From: Octopus bimaculoides
Lineage: Eukaryota
Reading direction: 5' to 3'
Length of the DNA stretch: 64,000 nucleotides
Assembly (NCBI RefSeq): GCF_001194135.2
Contig: NC_068983.1
Location: 140,989,090 to 141,053,089, forward strand
This document shows positions 26,123 through 39,400 of this stretch, piece after piece. The notes beneath the pieces were generated by a model. The model saw nothing but the letters and a program-made list of their open reading frames with translations. It was not told the DNA's origin and did not search any database. Both the position numbers and the translations under genes were made by a program. Position 1 is the stretch's first letter, and each line of letters starts with the position of its first letter.

Positions 26123-26248
26123 GGTGTAATTTATAACGGGAAATGCATCCATTACATAAGACATTCCTCGGTTAAAACATTTCAAGATATTTTGAAATGC
26201 ATTAACTGAGGAGTGTCCACAAAATGGATGCATTTACTACTATATATT
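26123..26248. other. ~125-nt imperfect hairpin
   Basis: AAATGCATCCATT/AATGGATGCATTT, GACATTCCTCGGTTAA/TTAACTGAGGAGTGTC and CATTTCAA/TTGAAATG, with a ~6-nt terminal loop. Confidence 0.85.
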
Positions 26249-26574
26249 ACGCGCACATTAAACGTATTTAAACAGTTGTTCAACTATAAATATATATATA
26301 AGTTTATTTAAAAGATATGATTATGAAAGTCCCGTGTCGGGAGTCTAATGGATTTAGAAACATTGTAATTCCAAACCAATGCTCTCAATATAAGATTTAC
26401 ATAATCAAAAACAATCTTAAGTAGAGCGTTTTTCTACAAGTATATTATGTTGTTACCTACACTAAACTTTCGGTAACTTCATCGTCTTGTGTAGACCATT
26501 ATAATAAAGCTATTGAATATAGTAAAACAGTGTTGCAAATGTGTAACAGTTCAAGCATCAAGGGTTTTCACGAA

Positions 26575-26741
26575 AGGTCTGGTTGGAGGCCTAACCTCCC
26601 GAGTTCTTTTACACGCCTTAAAAATATGCAGAATTGCTGCAAAAAGGGTGTGAATTTGAGAGGGGAATATATTGAATAAAATCATAAATAACTGATTCTC
26701 CAGGATTTTTTCCCCAAATGCAGGAACTTTTCAACACACTT

Positions 26742-26748
<7 letters not shown>
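26575..26748 (+). mobile_element. Second copy of the mariner-derived MITE
   Basis: TGGTTGGAGGCCTAACCTCCCGAGTTCTTTTAC matches 10925-10960 (-); right TIR CAGGAACTTTTCAACAC. Confidence 0.7.
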
Positions 26749-26778
<30 letters not shown>

Positions 26779-27168
26779 GAAATTGCGTGTACAAATAAAA
26801 TGATAAAATGTCTGACTGTCATTCTAATGTTTAGAACTCGCTATATATTATCGTAATCCCATCTGCTTCCTGTGTAGTTGCCAATTAACTTCTATATTGA
26901 GTAGTATAACTAGTTATGAGCAACAGAGCAAATGTAGAAATAATGATAAATGCTAGATTGTAATATAGTTCTTATGTGCACTTCAGCATTATGGTTGTTT
27001 GGAAATCAGAAATAGTTATTCCAGGTACTCAACCACAGCGTATCGTCAGGGAATAATCCATTGCTTCAATTTTGCAGATACTTGTATCCATAATAGTGAA
27101 ACACACGTAGGAACAGTAATATAAAAATGCGCTTAATTCTTATTTTGCATAATGTGTGTGTGTGTTTC

Positions 27169-27233
<65 letters not shown>

Positions 27234-27600
27234 ATAGCAGTATAATATAAAGAAAACAGAAAGTTTGAATACAGCAAAATCAATTTATTTACATAACTGT
27301 CGATTATGTAATGCCTACGATCGTTTCAATATCCATCTTTATTTATTTTATAATTAACAATTGCATTATGAATTCAGAAGGAAGAAAAATCGAATCTTGT
27401 CTTTCTCAATCGCAAAATCAGTACTCCTTAATTTTACTCAGATTGCTTTTAATTTTGGTGTATCGATACAACTCTGAATTTTGATTACGATCAACCAATT
27501 ACTTTATCTCCTAAATTTAAGAATCTGATGTTATTTGGAATTAAAGTTGGGAAATCTGAGTAATTTTAGCCAATCATCAGACAGTGTGGTATTAGCAGAT

Positions 27601-27760
27601 TGTTACCATGTCAACAGGACACTGTGTTGCGGTTCACTTCACTGTTGTCTTACTGTTGTTTGTGACTCCGTGGTTTACTTCATTGTTGTCTGTGACGCAC
27701 GTTGTTCGATGTTGATTTTTAACAATTGATTCTTCACGCCACGTGATTCTTTATACCAGC
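27601..27760 (-). promoter_or_regulatory. Candidate TATA promoter and first exon
   Basis: TATAAAG 27755-27749; CACGTG 27740-27745; Inr-like TCAATT with the A at 27727 (28 nt from the TATA T); exon would end ATG|GTAACA at 27607/27606 (weak donor). Confidence 0.25.
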
Positions 27761-28412
27761 GTGTTTTGTTTTAATTTTTCTGTGTTAGCATATTACATAT
27801 TTTTCTGTGCTTCTGTGTGTTAATACTTTTCGGTGCTTTTAGTGTATTTATTCTTATCGTAGTTTACAAATCCAAGCCTGAAAACGTTACTTAACTTGAG
27901 AATTTTGGAGCCAGACGCCCCTTTTTCACACACACACACACACACTTATATAGTAATGATGTACATAAATACATGACAGGTATACATGATACTGAAATAC
28001 GCATAAAGTAAACATATGCAGACAAATATATTAATATAACAAATTTAAAAAAACACAAAAAATACAATCAATGAATGAGAAAGACTAAATCCAAATGATA
28101 CACGTTGATTTTATTAGATATTTCTGTTTATTTGCAAACCAACATTGAAAATAGGTATTTCTGTGTATTTACAAACCTACAATGAACAGGTCAGATGCTA
28201 AACTGACACCGCTCCACTAAACGCAGAAAATTTCTGTTTCGCTATTGGCTAAAAATACCCACTTTTTTTCGATATTAAACCTCTGTAACGTTTTTCTTCG
28301 ATTTTTTTGCTCCACAACATCAAACCTTCAAAGCAATGAGACTGGAATGCTACATTATTATAGCTAATTTTCAGATTTTTTACTGTCTTCTTAAGAATGA
28401 AAACAGCTAGAT

Positions 28413-28889
28413 CCGAAATGTCTTCATGGTCAAAATCGACATATGTATCTTTACATCCTAATAGATTGAGTATCCCTTATAGATAGAAGCATGTATTTTT
28501 TTGTTTTTGTGTGTGTGTGCGCGTGTGTGTTTGAGTGCATTAGCATTTTCGCCTTTAAGCTTAATTGTCCTATGCATCTTCTATCTCTATGGATGTATGT
28601 GTGTCAGGTTATTTGTCTTCGGAGTTCTGTTCTAAAAATAGCCAAAATTTAATGTTTGTCGATAGCAGGACAGTGGCTAGCTGCCGTCTTGGAAAATTTA
28701 AAACGGCAGCTAGCCACTGCTCTGCTATCATCAAAGTTTAAATTTTGGCTATTTTTAAAACAGAACTTCAAAGACAAATAGCTTCACACACACACACACA
28801 AACACACTGTTATCTTAGTCTATAAGGAGCACTGATTCTATTAGGATGTAAAGATGAATATGTCAATTTTGGGCCTGAAGAGATTTCTG
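28413..28889. mobile_element. Fold-back element with outer (~70 bp) and inner (~95 bp) inverted arms separated by (TG)n/(CA)n
   Basis: Outer arms 28413-28483/28819-28889; inner arms ~28598-28690/28700-28790; 9-nt loop. Confidence 0.85.
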
Positions 28890-29076
28890 CCTTATGAACT
28901 CATAATGCAATAGTAAATTGTAAAATGAATTAAGGTAGATATTGAAACGATCATAGGCATTACGTAATTGACAGTTATATAAATAAATTGATTTTGCTGT
29001 ATTCAAACTCTCTGCTTTCTGTATATAATACTACTAAATTCATGTTCACATATATCGAATCAGATGCAAACAACAA

Positions 29077-29186
29077 TACAGACTCCAAAATGTGTATAGT
29101 ACTGAAATATTAAACTATACAAAATGTGTATAGTGCTGAAATATTAAACTATACAGACTCCAAAATGTGTATAGTACTGAAATATT
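29077..29186. repeat. Three-copy ~34-41-bp tandem repeat
   Basis: CAAAATGTGTATAGT(A/G)CTGAAATATT x3. Confidence 0.9.
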
Positions 29187-30499
29187 TTCAAAGCAATAAA
29201 TCAGTTGCTTCAATATCTCTTTTGAAAGTTTTCATCACAATATAACGATCACACTTTAGACCTTAAACATACGAAGCAAAAATTAAATCTTCTACGTGCG
29301 CTTGCATGCATTTATTTGAGTATCTTTCAGAATTCTGGCTAAACTTACTGTGAGGTTAATTAGCGCCTAATTAGCAAACTTAATTATTGCTCGAATTTCC
29401 ATTGATATAATTAGGAAGCACATGTTCCTGTAATCTCTGGTGACTGAAGAAAGAAATACATCATACGTGTTAAATGCATAAAGGTTAATCAAAAATCTTT
29501 CGGCAGCCGTTGTTTCTAGCTTTGTACAAAAGTAAAAGAATGCTTGGAATTGTTGTTTAACAACAATAAAATGGGGTCAATATATTCACAATACTTGAAC
29601 TGGATAATTCAAAACATCTTACTCATGTTCCAATTGTCAAATCTCACAACCTTGCCGAAATTGTAATCGTTTACATGAAATCAAATGTGCCGCAAATATG
29701 TTAATATATCGCTTAAACTGATTAAATTTGAAATACCGGATACAATCCCATATAAATTGATTAAAATTATGAAATAAAGTGCGATCAAATGCCAACATTT
29801 GTAGGTTTAATTATGGCACATGCTAATGTATATAAGAAATAATTATGGGACATGCAGAATATTTCATTTTTACAACCATACGAACTACACTATAGTAACA
29901 CATAATGTTCGTTCATATGAAACATATTTGATCAAAGAAATTGTCAGGGAAAATATTACTGAATATGATATATCGGACATGATAGTTTTGTTGACATGTT
30001 TGCAAATGTTAGAAAACTATTGCCATTTGTTTGCATATGTTAGAAAACTATTGCAATTTGTGCAAATGTCAACATTTATTCAGGCACCGGAAAATGTACA
30101 AATTTAGCAAGCTTATGCATAGTGCATTCAGATAATTTACAAACGCAAGTAGTACTAACATGTGTGGAGTTAGAAACTTTCTCTTTGGTGATTTTAGATA
30201 AACTCTACCAGCCATTTCAAAGCTTATAGCTGATGATGACAACTGATCGTATATTTTAAAAGTTTAAGAAAAACATCATTTCTCTACCAGTTTGAGTGAT
30301 ACATTTAATTGAGATATACAACAACCTAGTTTTCAAACATTTATTCAAAATACGCAGTAGACCACATCCAGCTGACAACATATTGTATAAGAACCAATCA
30401 TCGTTATATCACAAGAAACTATTTTCAATGCTTAACTTTTAACCTTTCATAGAATTACAAATAACACAAGTGTCTTTCTAAATCATGCACAAACACTAG

Positions 30500-30888
30500 T
30501 TTTTGATTGTTTCAGTCACTGGACGACGGTCATACCGAATGAATCAATTCCAGTACATATTTGGGGTCTGGCACTTATTGTATCGGTCTGTTCTGCTACA
30601 CCACTTGGTTAAGTGACGTAAACAAACCAACAGCAGTTCTCAAGCTCTAGCATTAACAAAACAAATATACATTCATACACGCACACATGCACATTCAAAC
30701 ACACACATACAAATAAATACATATATAGCGTGCTCCCGCACAGTTTCTTTCTACAAAATTCCTTCTCATTGCATTAGTAGTCTCCGGGGTATGATACAAA
30801 AAAATATTTGCAAAGAGTGCCACAGAATGGGACTGAAACTAAAACTACGTGGATGCAAAGCGAGGTTCATAACCACACAGTCATGGCT
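30500..30888 (-). mobile_element. SINE family A, old full-length copy
   Basis: Minus strand head TGACTGTGTGGTTATGAACC...TTTCAGTCCCATTCTGTGGCACTCTTTGCAAA; tail GTGACTGAAAC. Confidence 0.65.
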
Positions 30889-31050
30889 AATTTTTTGGTC
30901 ACATTGGTCATAAAATGTCGAAAAGAAAAAGTGGCTTTCCGTCATTATAAGAAATTACAAAAATGACGCTAGTAAATCAGTGCAGTATGAAAAGAACTCA
31001 GGCTGCAGTCTGTATCAATAGCCATGTATACGTATATGAGCATGTATGTT

Positions 31051-31098
<48 letters not shown>

Positions 31099-31217
31099 GA
31101 TGTCATTGCGTGTATATATGTACATAAAATATAGAGACATATAAATGTGTGTATATATATATGTATATATACGCGCGCGCGCATATAGAAACAATATACA
31201 TACATTTATATACATAT

Positions 31218-31256
<39 letters not shown>

Positions 31257-31599
31257 TATATATATATATATGACTCTATGCGCGTGTACAGTGTCGGATA
31301 TAAAAATATATCAAGCGTGTGTGCATGAGACAGGAATAAACAAGCTATTAGAAAATATGTTTGCTTCAATAAACTTAAGTTGCTTTTAATTTGCCAGTTG
31401 CTTTTCAGTTTTTATGACAGTGTTTATTACTTAATTGGTGCTATTTACGGAATACTTTAAAATAGAATGCTATGGTGAGCATATTAGTTTAAACACATTT
31501 ATTGATTTCATGCAGATCTAATATAAAGTAACAACTTCGGATTTATTTGGAATATTTAACACTAAAAATGAAAATCATTCCGGATTTTGACATACTCGA

Positions 31600-32300
31600 C
31601 AGTTAATGTTTTAGCACTTAGAGCTCGAAAATTATTTCCCTAACTGAACACATTCCTCTAATGTAAATTCTTATTACTGATTTCAGCTCTCGAGAATACA
31701 GATAACTTTTCAGAAAATATTTCGGAAGCCTGTTTGCATCCAGCTACTGTCTAGACTGCTTATTATTGGAAAACATGCTTCCATTTTTCATGTCATGTAA
31801 TGGTACAGTGCATAAAGGTAAATTTCTATTGCAGATTTGCTGCTCAATGCCTGTCTAGACTCTACAATTTCTGATGATCTATGAATTTTATGGAATATAT
31901 TTACCTATGATTTTTCGCTTTTCCAGGAACACATCCATTGCTAGAATGAGTCATAAGAGATAATGCCAAGTCTGGCTACAAGTTGATTATCACTTGTTCG
32001 ATGTTTACTTGCTACCACCCCTATTATCTTCCTGAGTATTCTATACTTTCATATTTAGACATTAACGGTCTTTCTTGGAAGAATTGTATTTGCGCCACTG
32101 CTAAATCAGCTGCTATAATGACTCATTCTTTGTATCGAGCTCGACCTTAATTTTCTTATGAATGTGTACTTCGTAAGCTTTTGTATTTTATCACATTTGC
32201 GTGGCGGATGTTTATGTTGGTGGACTTTCTGTTTTTGAACTAGCTCACAATTAAATTTGTGTTACTACTGGCACTATCCGAAATACTCTACTTCTGCAAC
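31600..32300 (-). mobile_element. Highly degraded R4/Dong-like LINE relic
   Basis: Weak peptide echoes only (AVAQIQF, WMQTGF, MCSVREII). Confidence 0.3.
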
Positions 32301-32923
32301 TCTCCAATCGCTTCTGTATCTCTCTTGTCTATAAATATTTGTATGGTCACTCTTCCCATAAATTTCCATCGTGTTGTGTTTCCTCTGAATGTTATTTATC
32401 TAATGATTCGACTATCTGTTAACTTTTATGTTTGCACATTTTACTTTCTTCTTTTTCATATAAATATAGTCTTGATTGCTTTAAATTTTATTTGCTCTAT
32501 AATTCTTAGAGTAGCTTTATTTCAATTTTAAATTTTGATTTTCTCTTCCCTATTCGTTTATAACTCACAACTTGCTAAATGATTGCCTGATACCTGTTTT
32601 ACTACTGTTTTACCTTCTACATCCTTGGGAGCGACCTCAACAAAAATCAAACAGGGTATATGATATCACATGAACCACTGGTTGAAAGTATTGTCACTGT
32701 GGCTGCTCTATGGAAATGTTTAGCAACCGAAAATACTGTTCTTAATTCTCTCTACTCCAACTACGTGTATTTTATTCTTTGTCAAATTAAACTAAATATA
32801 TTTATCAAAATTCTACAAGTCTTGAATCAAGAAAAAGTTCCTTGTGAGAGGAATATAAAAATCGATTTAAACTGATGTTTACTAAATCATTTTACTTGCT
32901 TTACACAGTGCCATTCACCTAAA

Positions 32924-33028
<105 letters not shown>

Positions 33029-33242
33029 ATCAAAACATTACGATACTGAAGTTTCATAAATTATTTAACAGTCAATTGTTATCAATATTTATTTTATAGA
33101 TTTTTTTAAAGCTTCAAACGTTATCGTCTGAAAACAAACATTAAATATTCGTTCTCTTTGTATATTTTTTTAACATTTATAGACGCAGACATCTTGTGTA
33201 TGACATTGAAAATAGTTTAAACTATTGAACTGAAACGGTATA

Positions 33243-33300
33243 AAGGCAGTCCCCCAGTTAAGAATGTCCGACTTACGAACATCCATAGTTACGAACCGAC
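33243..33300 (+). mobile_element. pogo/Tigger-like TIR, solo
   Basis: AGGCAGTCCCCCAGTTAAGAATGTCCGACTTACGAAC...GTTACGAAC resembles Tigger-type TIRs with repeated TTACGAAC. Confidence 0.45.
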
Positions 33301-33759
33301 GACCGTAAACCTTTATAATGTAAAAATTCAATTTGAAAACAATAGTTGGTTTTTAACACAAAAAACTTGTATAGACAAATATTAAGAGATGCACACAAAG
33401 TTACAAATGTTTCACCAAATGAATCAACCTGTGGTCGAAACAGAACACGTGGATAAATACTTAGGTAGTGTATCACAAAACTTTTACCTCTCTTTGGAAG
33501 TACTTCTGTGCAAAAGATATGAGATACACTTCTGAAAAAGAGGCGCCAACACATATAATTATTTCACTAAAAAATGAAGAATGCTTACTCATTCCTTCCT
33601 ATTCTGAGAAATAAAAAGTGAACATACACGTAAAATATTCTTCGTTAATACAAGATATGCAGAGGCTGATAGCTGTCAGAATTAGCAACGAAGAATATAA
33701 GTGGAGCATGTTATAGGAAAAAAACACTAGAGGAGCAAGTGGTCATTTACTAGTATAAA

Positions 33760-34500
33760 TATGATGCCAATATCCAGTATCCAGAGCTTCATCGTTGCTG
33801 ATGAAGGAACACCTCCCTGGAATCTTACCACCACTGATTGCCTCTGTCCATTCGTGGCAATGTAGGCTCTAGATAGCAGGTGAAATGATCTCGCTATCTT
33901 ATCTCTGGCCGGCAGCCTCTTGATCTTGTCCATTGTCTTAGTGTCCATTCCGTCACTCTGATTGTCCATCTGGTTTCCTTCAGTCGCACGATGTGGTCTG
34001 CCCATCTATAGTTGTTCTTTATGACAGTTCTTATGATGTCATTGACTTCCTGTGCTGTCGAATCCAAGCGTTGGTTCTTTTATTCCGTGATGTGATTCCG
34101 AACTTGATTCGTTCCATTTTCCGTTGGGCTACAATGAGGTCATTCGTGATGGTAGCGTTGAGAGCCCACGCTCCACTGCTGTAAATCATTGGCAGGATGT
34201 ACTCGTTGAAGATTTTTCTTTTAATATTCGTCGAAACCTTCGAACTTCTCATGAAGTTTTCCACCTTCCCAAAGGCCGTATAACTGAGCTCTAATCTTCT
34301 CTTGATTTTTGGGAGGAGATTTCTGGATTTTGTCACCATCTTGTCACACGTAGTTATCTATCTCTTCTATGACCTTGCTGTTTACATTGACGGGCGGAAA
34401 AGATGAGGGAGTCATACTCACGAAGACGGTAATGTGGTAATGTGTATAATCTGTAAAATTCACCTCGGTTGCCACCACCTTCAATAAAACATAAAACTTA
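33760..34500 (-). mobile_element. RTE-clade LINE 3' end
   Basis: VIEEIDNYV; IKRRLELSYTAFGKV; KRKIFNEYILPMIYSSGAW; AQRKMER; NAWIRQ; RWADHIVR...RWT. Confidence 0.85.
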
Positions 34501-35319
34501 ACGCTACTTTTCTTTAGGCTTGTGTTGTCGATTTTCTGATGATATTGAGGAAATTCTCGTTGATTGGAAGATGCCACCAAGTATATCTTTTGTCACCCTT
34601 CAAAGACATATGTGCCTAAATGCAATGAATGCTTGCATTGCTCACTACTTACAGTCTTTTTCATAGTTTCTACAAGCAGATCTTAGTTACCGTGACGTTA
34701 ATGTTAACAAATGTATCACTGAATTCCGCATGAAAGTACGAATGTACGATATATTGGAAACAACGAAACCCGGCCAGTATATTACTGCTAGTATTTTATT
34801 ATTCCTATTTGGTTAAACTCAGAAGACGTTTCAAAGGTAAATAAAAGTCCAAGTGTGTCAGATTCACTTCTCGGTTCTCTCAGACAATTCTCTCAGTTGC
34901 TCTAATACGTCATATAAATACTAGCTTCTAAGTCTGAGAATTTGAAGCATAACAAATACATTTTAGAAAGGGTTTAGATTTCTTCGTGAAACATACTCGA
35001 TTCACTTCTGATTATTATTGAAGACCCCCATACGTCATGCTTGATTGAGTATATTTTCGTGCAAGTCTTTCTTCTACGCATTCGTGACTATAATATTACG
35101 TAGAATGAAATCATTATGTAAGCTTTCATTTGAGATTTGCAATACTTGGCCTTAAAATATTCTTTAACCGTAAATTCATTGGAAATCTGACTTCACACGT
35201 GAAAATACATCAAGAAACTCTTGTAAATAATAATATCTGATGTTCTAGAGATTACATTAATCTGCTTATCGTAAGTATAGAATCTGTATAAAGGACTAAT
35301 TTTATCCGGTATTTGTCTG

Positions 35320-36410
35320 GTATTTATTTTATCGAACCCGAAAGAGAACATTTAAATTTGGCCACAACGAGATTATGCCTAATATATTGGGTTCAAATTT
35401 TAGCACTAGGCCAGGAATTTTGAGAGAGGGTGCTGGTCAATTACATCGACCCTAGTGTTCAACTGGTACCTAATTTATCGACTCGCGAAAAGATGAAAAG
35501 CAAATCAACTACGGCGGAATTAGAACCCAGAACGTGCAGGCAGACGAAATGACGCTAAGCATTTTGTCCGGCATTCTGCCAGCTCATAGCCTTATCTTGG
35601 ATAAAATACTTTTTTTCTTTTCTAGGCACACTGCCCGAAATTTTTGGGGACGTGTCCACTTGATTATATTGACCCCAGTACGCAACTGGTACTTAATTTA
35701 TCGACCCCCAAAGGATGAAAGGCAAAGTCAATCTCGGCGGAATTTGAGCTCAGTATGTAAACAGAGATGAAATACCGCTAAGCATTTTTCCCGGCGTGCT
35801 AAGGTTTCTTATTTTTTTACTGCCCACAAGCGGCTACACACAGAGGGTACAAAAAAGGAGAGACAAACGGATTAACTCGATTATATCGACCCTAGTGCGT
35901 AACAGGTACTTATTTAATCGACAACGAAAGGATGAAAGGCAAAGTCAACCTCGGCGCGGAATTTGAACTCGGAACGTAGCGGCAGATGAAATACCTATTT
36001 CTTTACTGCCCACAAGGGGCTACACACAAAGTGGACAAACAAGGACAGACAAATGGATTAAGTCGATTATATCGACCCAGTACGTAACTGGTATTTAATT
36101 TATCGACCCCGAAAGGATGAAAGGCAAAGTCGACCTCGGCGGAATTTGAACTCAGAACGCAGTGGCAGACGAAATACCTATTTCTTTATGCCCACAAGGG
36201 GCTACACACAGAGGGGACAAACAAGGACAGACTAACGGATTAAGTCGATTATATCGACCCCAGTGCGTAATTGGTACTTAATTTATCGACCCCGAAAGGA
36301 TGAAAGGCAAAGTCGACCTCGGCCGAATTTGAACTCAGAACGCAGTGGCAGACGAAATACCGCTAAGCATTTCGCCCGGCGTGCTAACGTTTCTGCCAGC
36401 TCACCGCCTT
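35320..36410 (-). mobile_element. Tandem array of ~6 SINE family B units
   Basis: Units ~35320-35370, 35390-35590, 35620-35808, 35809-35994, 35995-36177 and 36178-36410; only the last keeps the full head. Confidence 0.9.
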
Positions 36411-36793
36411 GTTATGGGTAATATATTGAAACAGGTTTAATTTTGACTGTTCCTAAAATAAAATGTTTCCCTCTACTCATTCAAACGAATCAAAACCATT
36501 GGTGCAAATAATAGAAGTGTAATCCATTGATAATACTTTTTTTCTTATTCTAATCTTTATTCTTAATCTATATTTTATAACATAAAGGAAAATTTGGCTC
36601 TGTAGATTATTTGCATACCATTAAGAGTTGCATGTTTTATTTACTAAACTAAAATAACTCTTAATTCAATTTTTATTACAATATAATAAATTTATTCCTT
36701 TTAGAATTTTCCTTCTGATTTCTTCCAAATTTTTTACTGATTTCTTAAGGATATGATAATCTTCAAATTATAGTTTGAATTGTGTCCTACAAA

Positions 36794-36857
<64 letters not shown>

Positions 36858-36884
36858 TTGTGTGTCTGTGTTTGTCTGTGTGTC

Positions 36885-37053
36885 TGTGCTTGTCCTGCCA
36901 ACATCGCTTGACATCGATGATGGTGTGTTTACGTCCCATAACTTAGCGGTTCAGCAAAAGAGACCGATAGAATAAGTACCAGGCTTACAAAGAATAAGTT
37001 CTGGGGTCGATTTGCTCGACTAAAGGCGGTGCTCCAGCATGGCCGCAGTCAAA
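36885..37053 (+). mobile_element. SINE family A, 3' half
   Basis: Homology to the other family A copies. Confidence 0.85.
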
Positions 37054-38079
37054 TATATATATATATATATATATGCATATGCCAATGGTACATAGTTACT
37101 GTTTGGGGCCATTTATACAAAGCGCTTATTATGGTTGTTATGTTTGAATGTGAGTATGACAGCTCAACATTTTATTCAAGCGTTCATAATAAAAGACGTG
37201 CTACTGTATAAAATTTCTCTTTACACAGATTGAAAACCGTCTGTATGCACACGGAGAAATCATTTTCTAACATTATAATTCGTATTAGAAATATGAGGTC
37301 ATATCCTAATACGTTTATATTTAATCTCCAATCACATTTACGGTTTAGATTTTCCACAGGATTAATGCATCTTTGCAGAATTATGGACAGTTTCAGAAGA
37401 AGACATTCGCAATGTCTCCAAAGTACAATTATTAAAAAGTATGATGTTGAAAACTAATTTATTCTGCCTATAATAGTAGAATCCGTGGTTTCGTTTATTG
37501 CTGCAATGATGTCTAAGACAGTGAAAGTTATATAAGAGACATGTTGGAGTATGAGTACATTAGATATCCCAGGTCAAGGAATCGCTGAATTATCCCAGGT
37601 CAAGGAATCGCTGAAAACGAAATAATATTGTTTCACCACGATCACTGTAATTTCTTATGCATGATGGTGCAGAATCCTGTTGTCATCTACCAGTGGAACA
37701 ACTGGGAATACAACGACCCTATATTTGTTGTCAAATGAATGGAATACTTTAATGTTGCATTTGATATTAAATAATCTTGTCTTCCTCTGCAGATCTTTGG
37801 TTGTTGGTGTTTGTTTTCATCCTGCTCTGCCGATATGTCTTCACTGACGTAATTCTGCTGTTGTGAGTGCTGTTTGTGGCAGTATTTTTGCTGAGTGTTT
37901 TTTTAATGGACTCTTGATTTTCATGATGATTTTCTCTTGGAAGCTTATTTCCATTTGTGCTTCATAGTGTTATTGGTGCATGTTTCGAATATGTTTAGGT
38001 AAGAATGCTAACCTCTGGCAAGTTGTTTCGATTTCAGATTGTAATTTAATCAAGTGTGGTTGAATCAATTGCGATGGAA

Positions 38080-39400
38080 GCATCAATCGACAAGCGATGG
38101 ATATTTTCTAATAGTTCTCCAAACTGTTTTGTAAATATTGATACCACCGAATGGATGTCTTCGGGTAAGAGTGACTAGATTGGCATTCAGGTTAGATTTT
38201 AACACCACCTTCACCGATTTTTGATACGCCTCGCTCACTTTGACTTTTATTTCTCTGTGTAGAATGTCATCCAGCTCCAATATCCCTAAATATCTATATC
38301 CGCTACCGACCGTCGGGTTCACCCATGGTCTCTCCTAACGGTAACCTCAATCCTCTGCAAGTTGCTTTCTTCCCTCTTTTCATATCAAGTATTGTGCATT
38401 TGGTGATCTCAAATTCCCTACAGAAGTCTCTACCACACTTCTGGACTGTTTTGGTTAAGGAATGTATCTGTTTTTCAGATTTCCTAAATAATTTCAGGTC
38501 ATCCATAAACAGAAGATGGTTCAATGAAGGGTCTTCCTTCCCACACCGGTAACCCGTCTTAACTTTTCTAAGTGTCATTTTTAGGGGCATTAGTGCATTT
38601 ACAAAAATTAACAGAGAAAACGAGTCAGCTTGGAATATGCCCATTTTAACATTAACTTCTCCAAGGAATACATTACTTGAGTACAATTTGGTTTTCCACT
38701 CTTTCATGCTATGCATCAGAAAATTTGTGATGTTGTCAGCAACACCAAACATCTTCAGCCATTCAACGATCTAAGAATGAAGTATCATATCATATGCCTT
38801 CTTAAAGTTAATCCAAGCCATAGACATGTTTGTATGACGTTTTTTAAAATGCCTCAAAACTGTTTTATCGATGGCCAGGGGATCCTTGGTACCCTGAGAA
38901 TTCTTCCTACATCCTTTTTGTTCCCTTGGTAGTATTTCTTCCTGTGCCAGGAAAGCGTATGTCTCTGCCGCACATATTCCCGTGAGTATATTCCAGATTA
39001 TGTTTAGGCATACTATGGGACGGTAGTTTCCCAAAATATTCCCCTTTTTTCTATCTTTCATTACAAGTGTTGTCCTACCAGTCACCATCCACACAGGGAC
39101 TGTACCTTTCTGGACACACTCATTCAACTGGCTTGCTAGTCTTTCATGCACTGCATGGCATCTCCTCAACCAGAAGCCATGAATCTCATCTGGTTATGCA
39201 CTTTACTCCCTTGTTCTTTCACATCACCCGTGCTTATAACAATATCATTTTGTTTCTTTCCTCCTTGTAATTCTGTCTGTGAAATTTTATGTTTCTTTTT
39301 CCTTCATTTCTTTATTTCTTTATTTCGTCCTTTCCTTAATCTATACCCTTCACATTTTCCCTATTTGTCTCCGATGAAAGGATATCCCATACTTTGAGAT
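38080..39400 (-). mobile_element. R4/Dong-clade LINE RT domain, disrupted
   Basis: GRTTLVMKD..NYRPIVCL; EQKGCRKNSQGTKD; AWINFKKAYD; GIFQADSFSLL; LNHLLFMDDLKLF; YRYLGILE. Confidence 0.9.

Noticed and set aside
33798-33830. CTGATGAAG as an HHR core
   Set aside because: It is the antisense of the RTE ORF end; no stem II or GAAA partner.
37565-37616. 26-bp tandem duplication (also a ~33-bp one at 29998-30072)
   Set aside because: Ordinary local slippage duplications.
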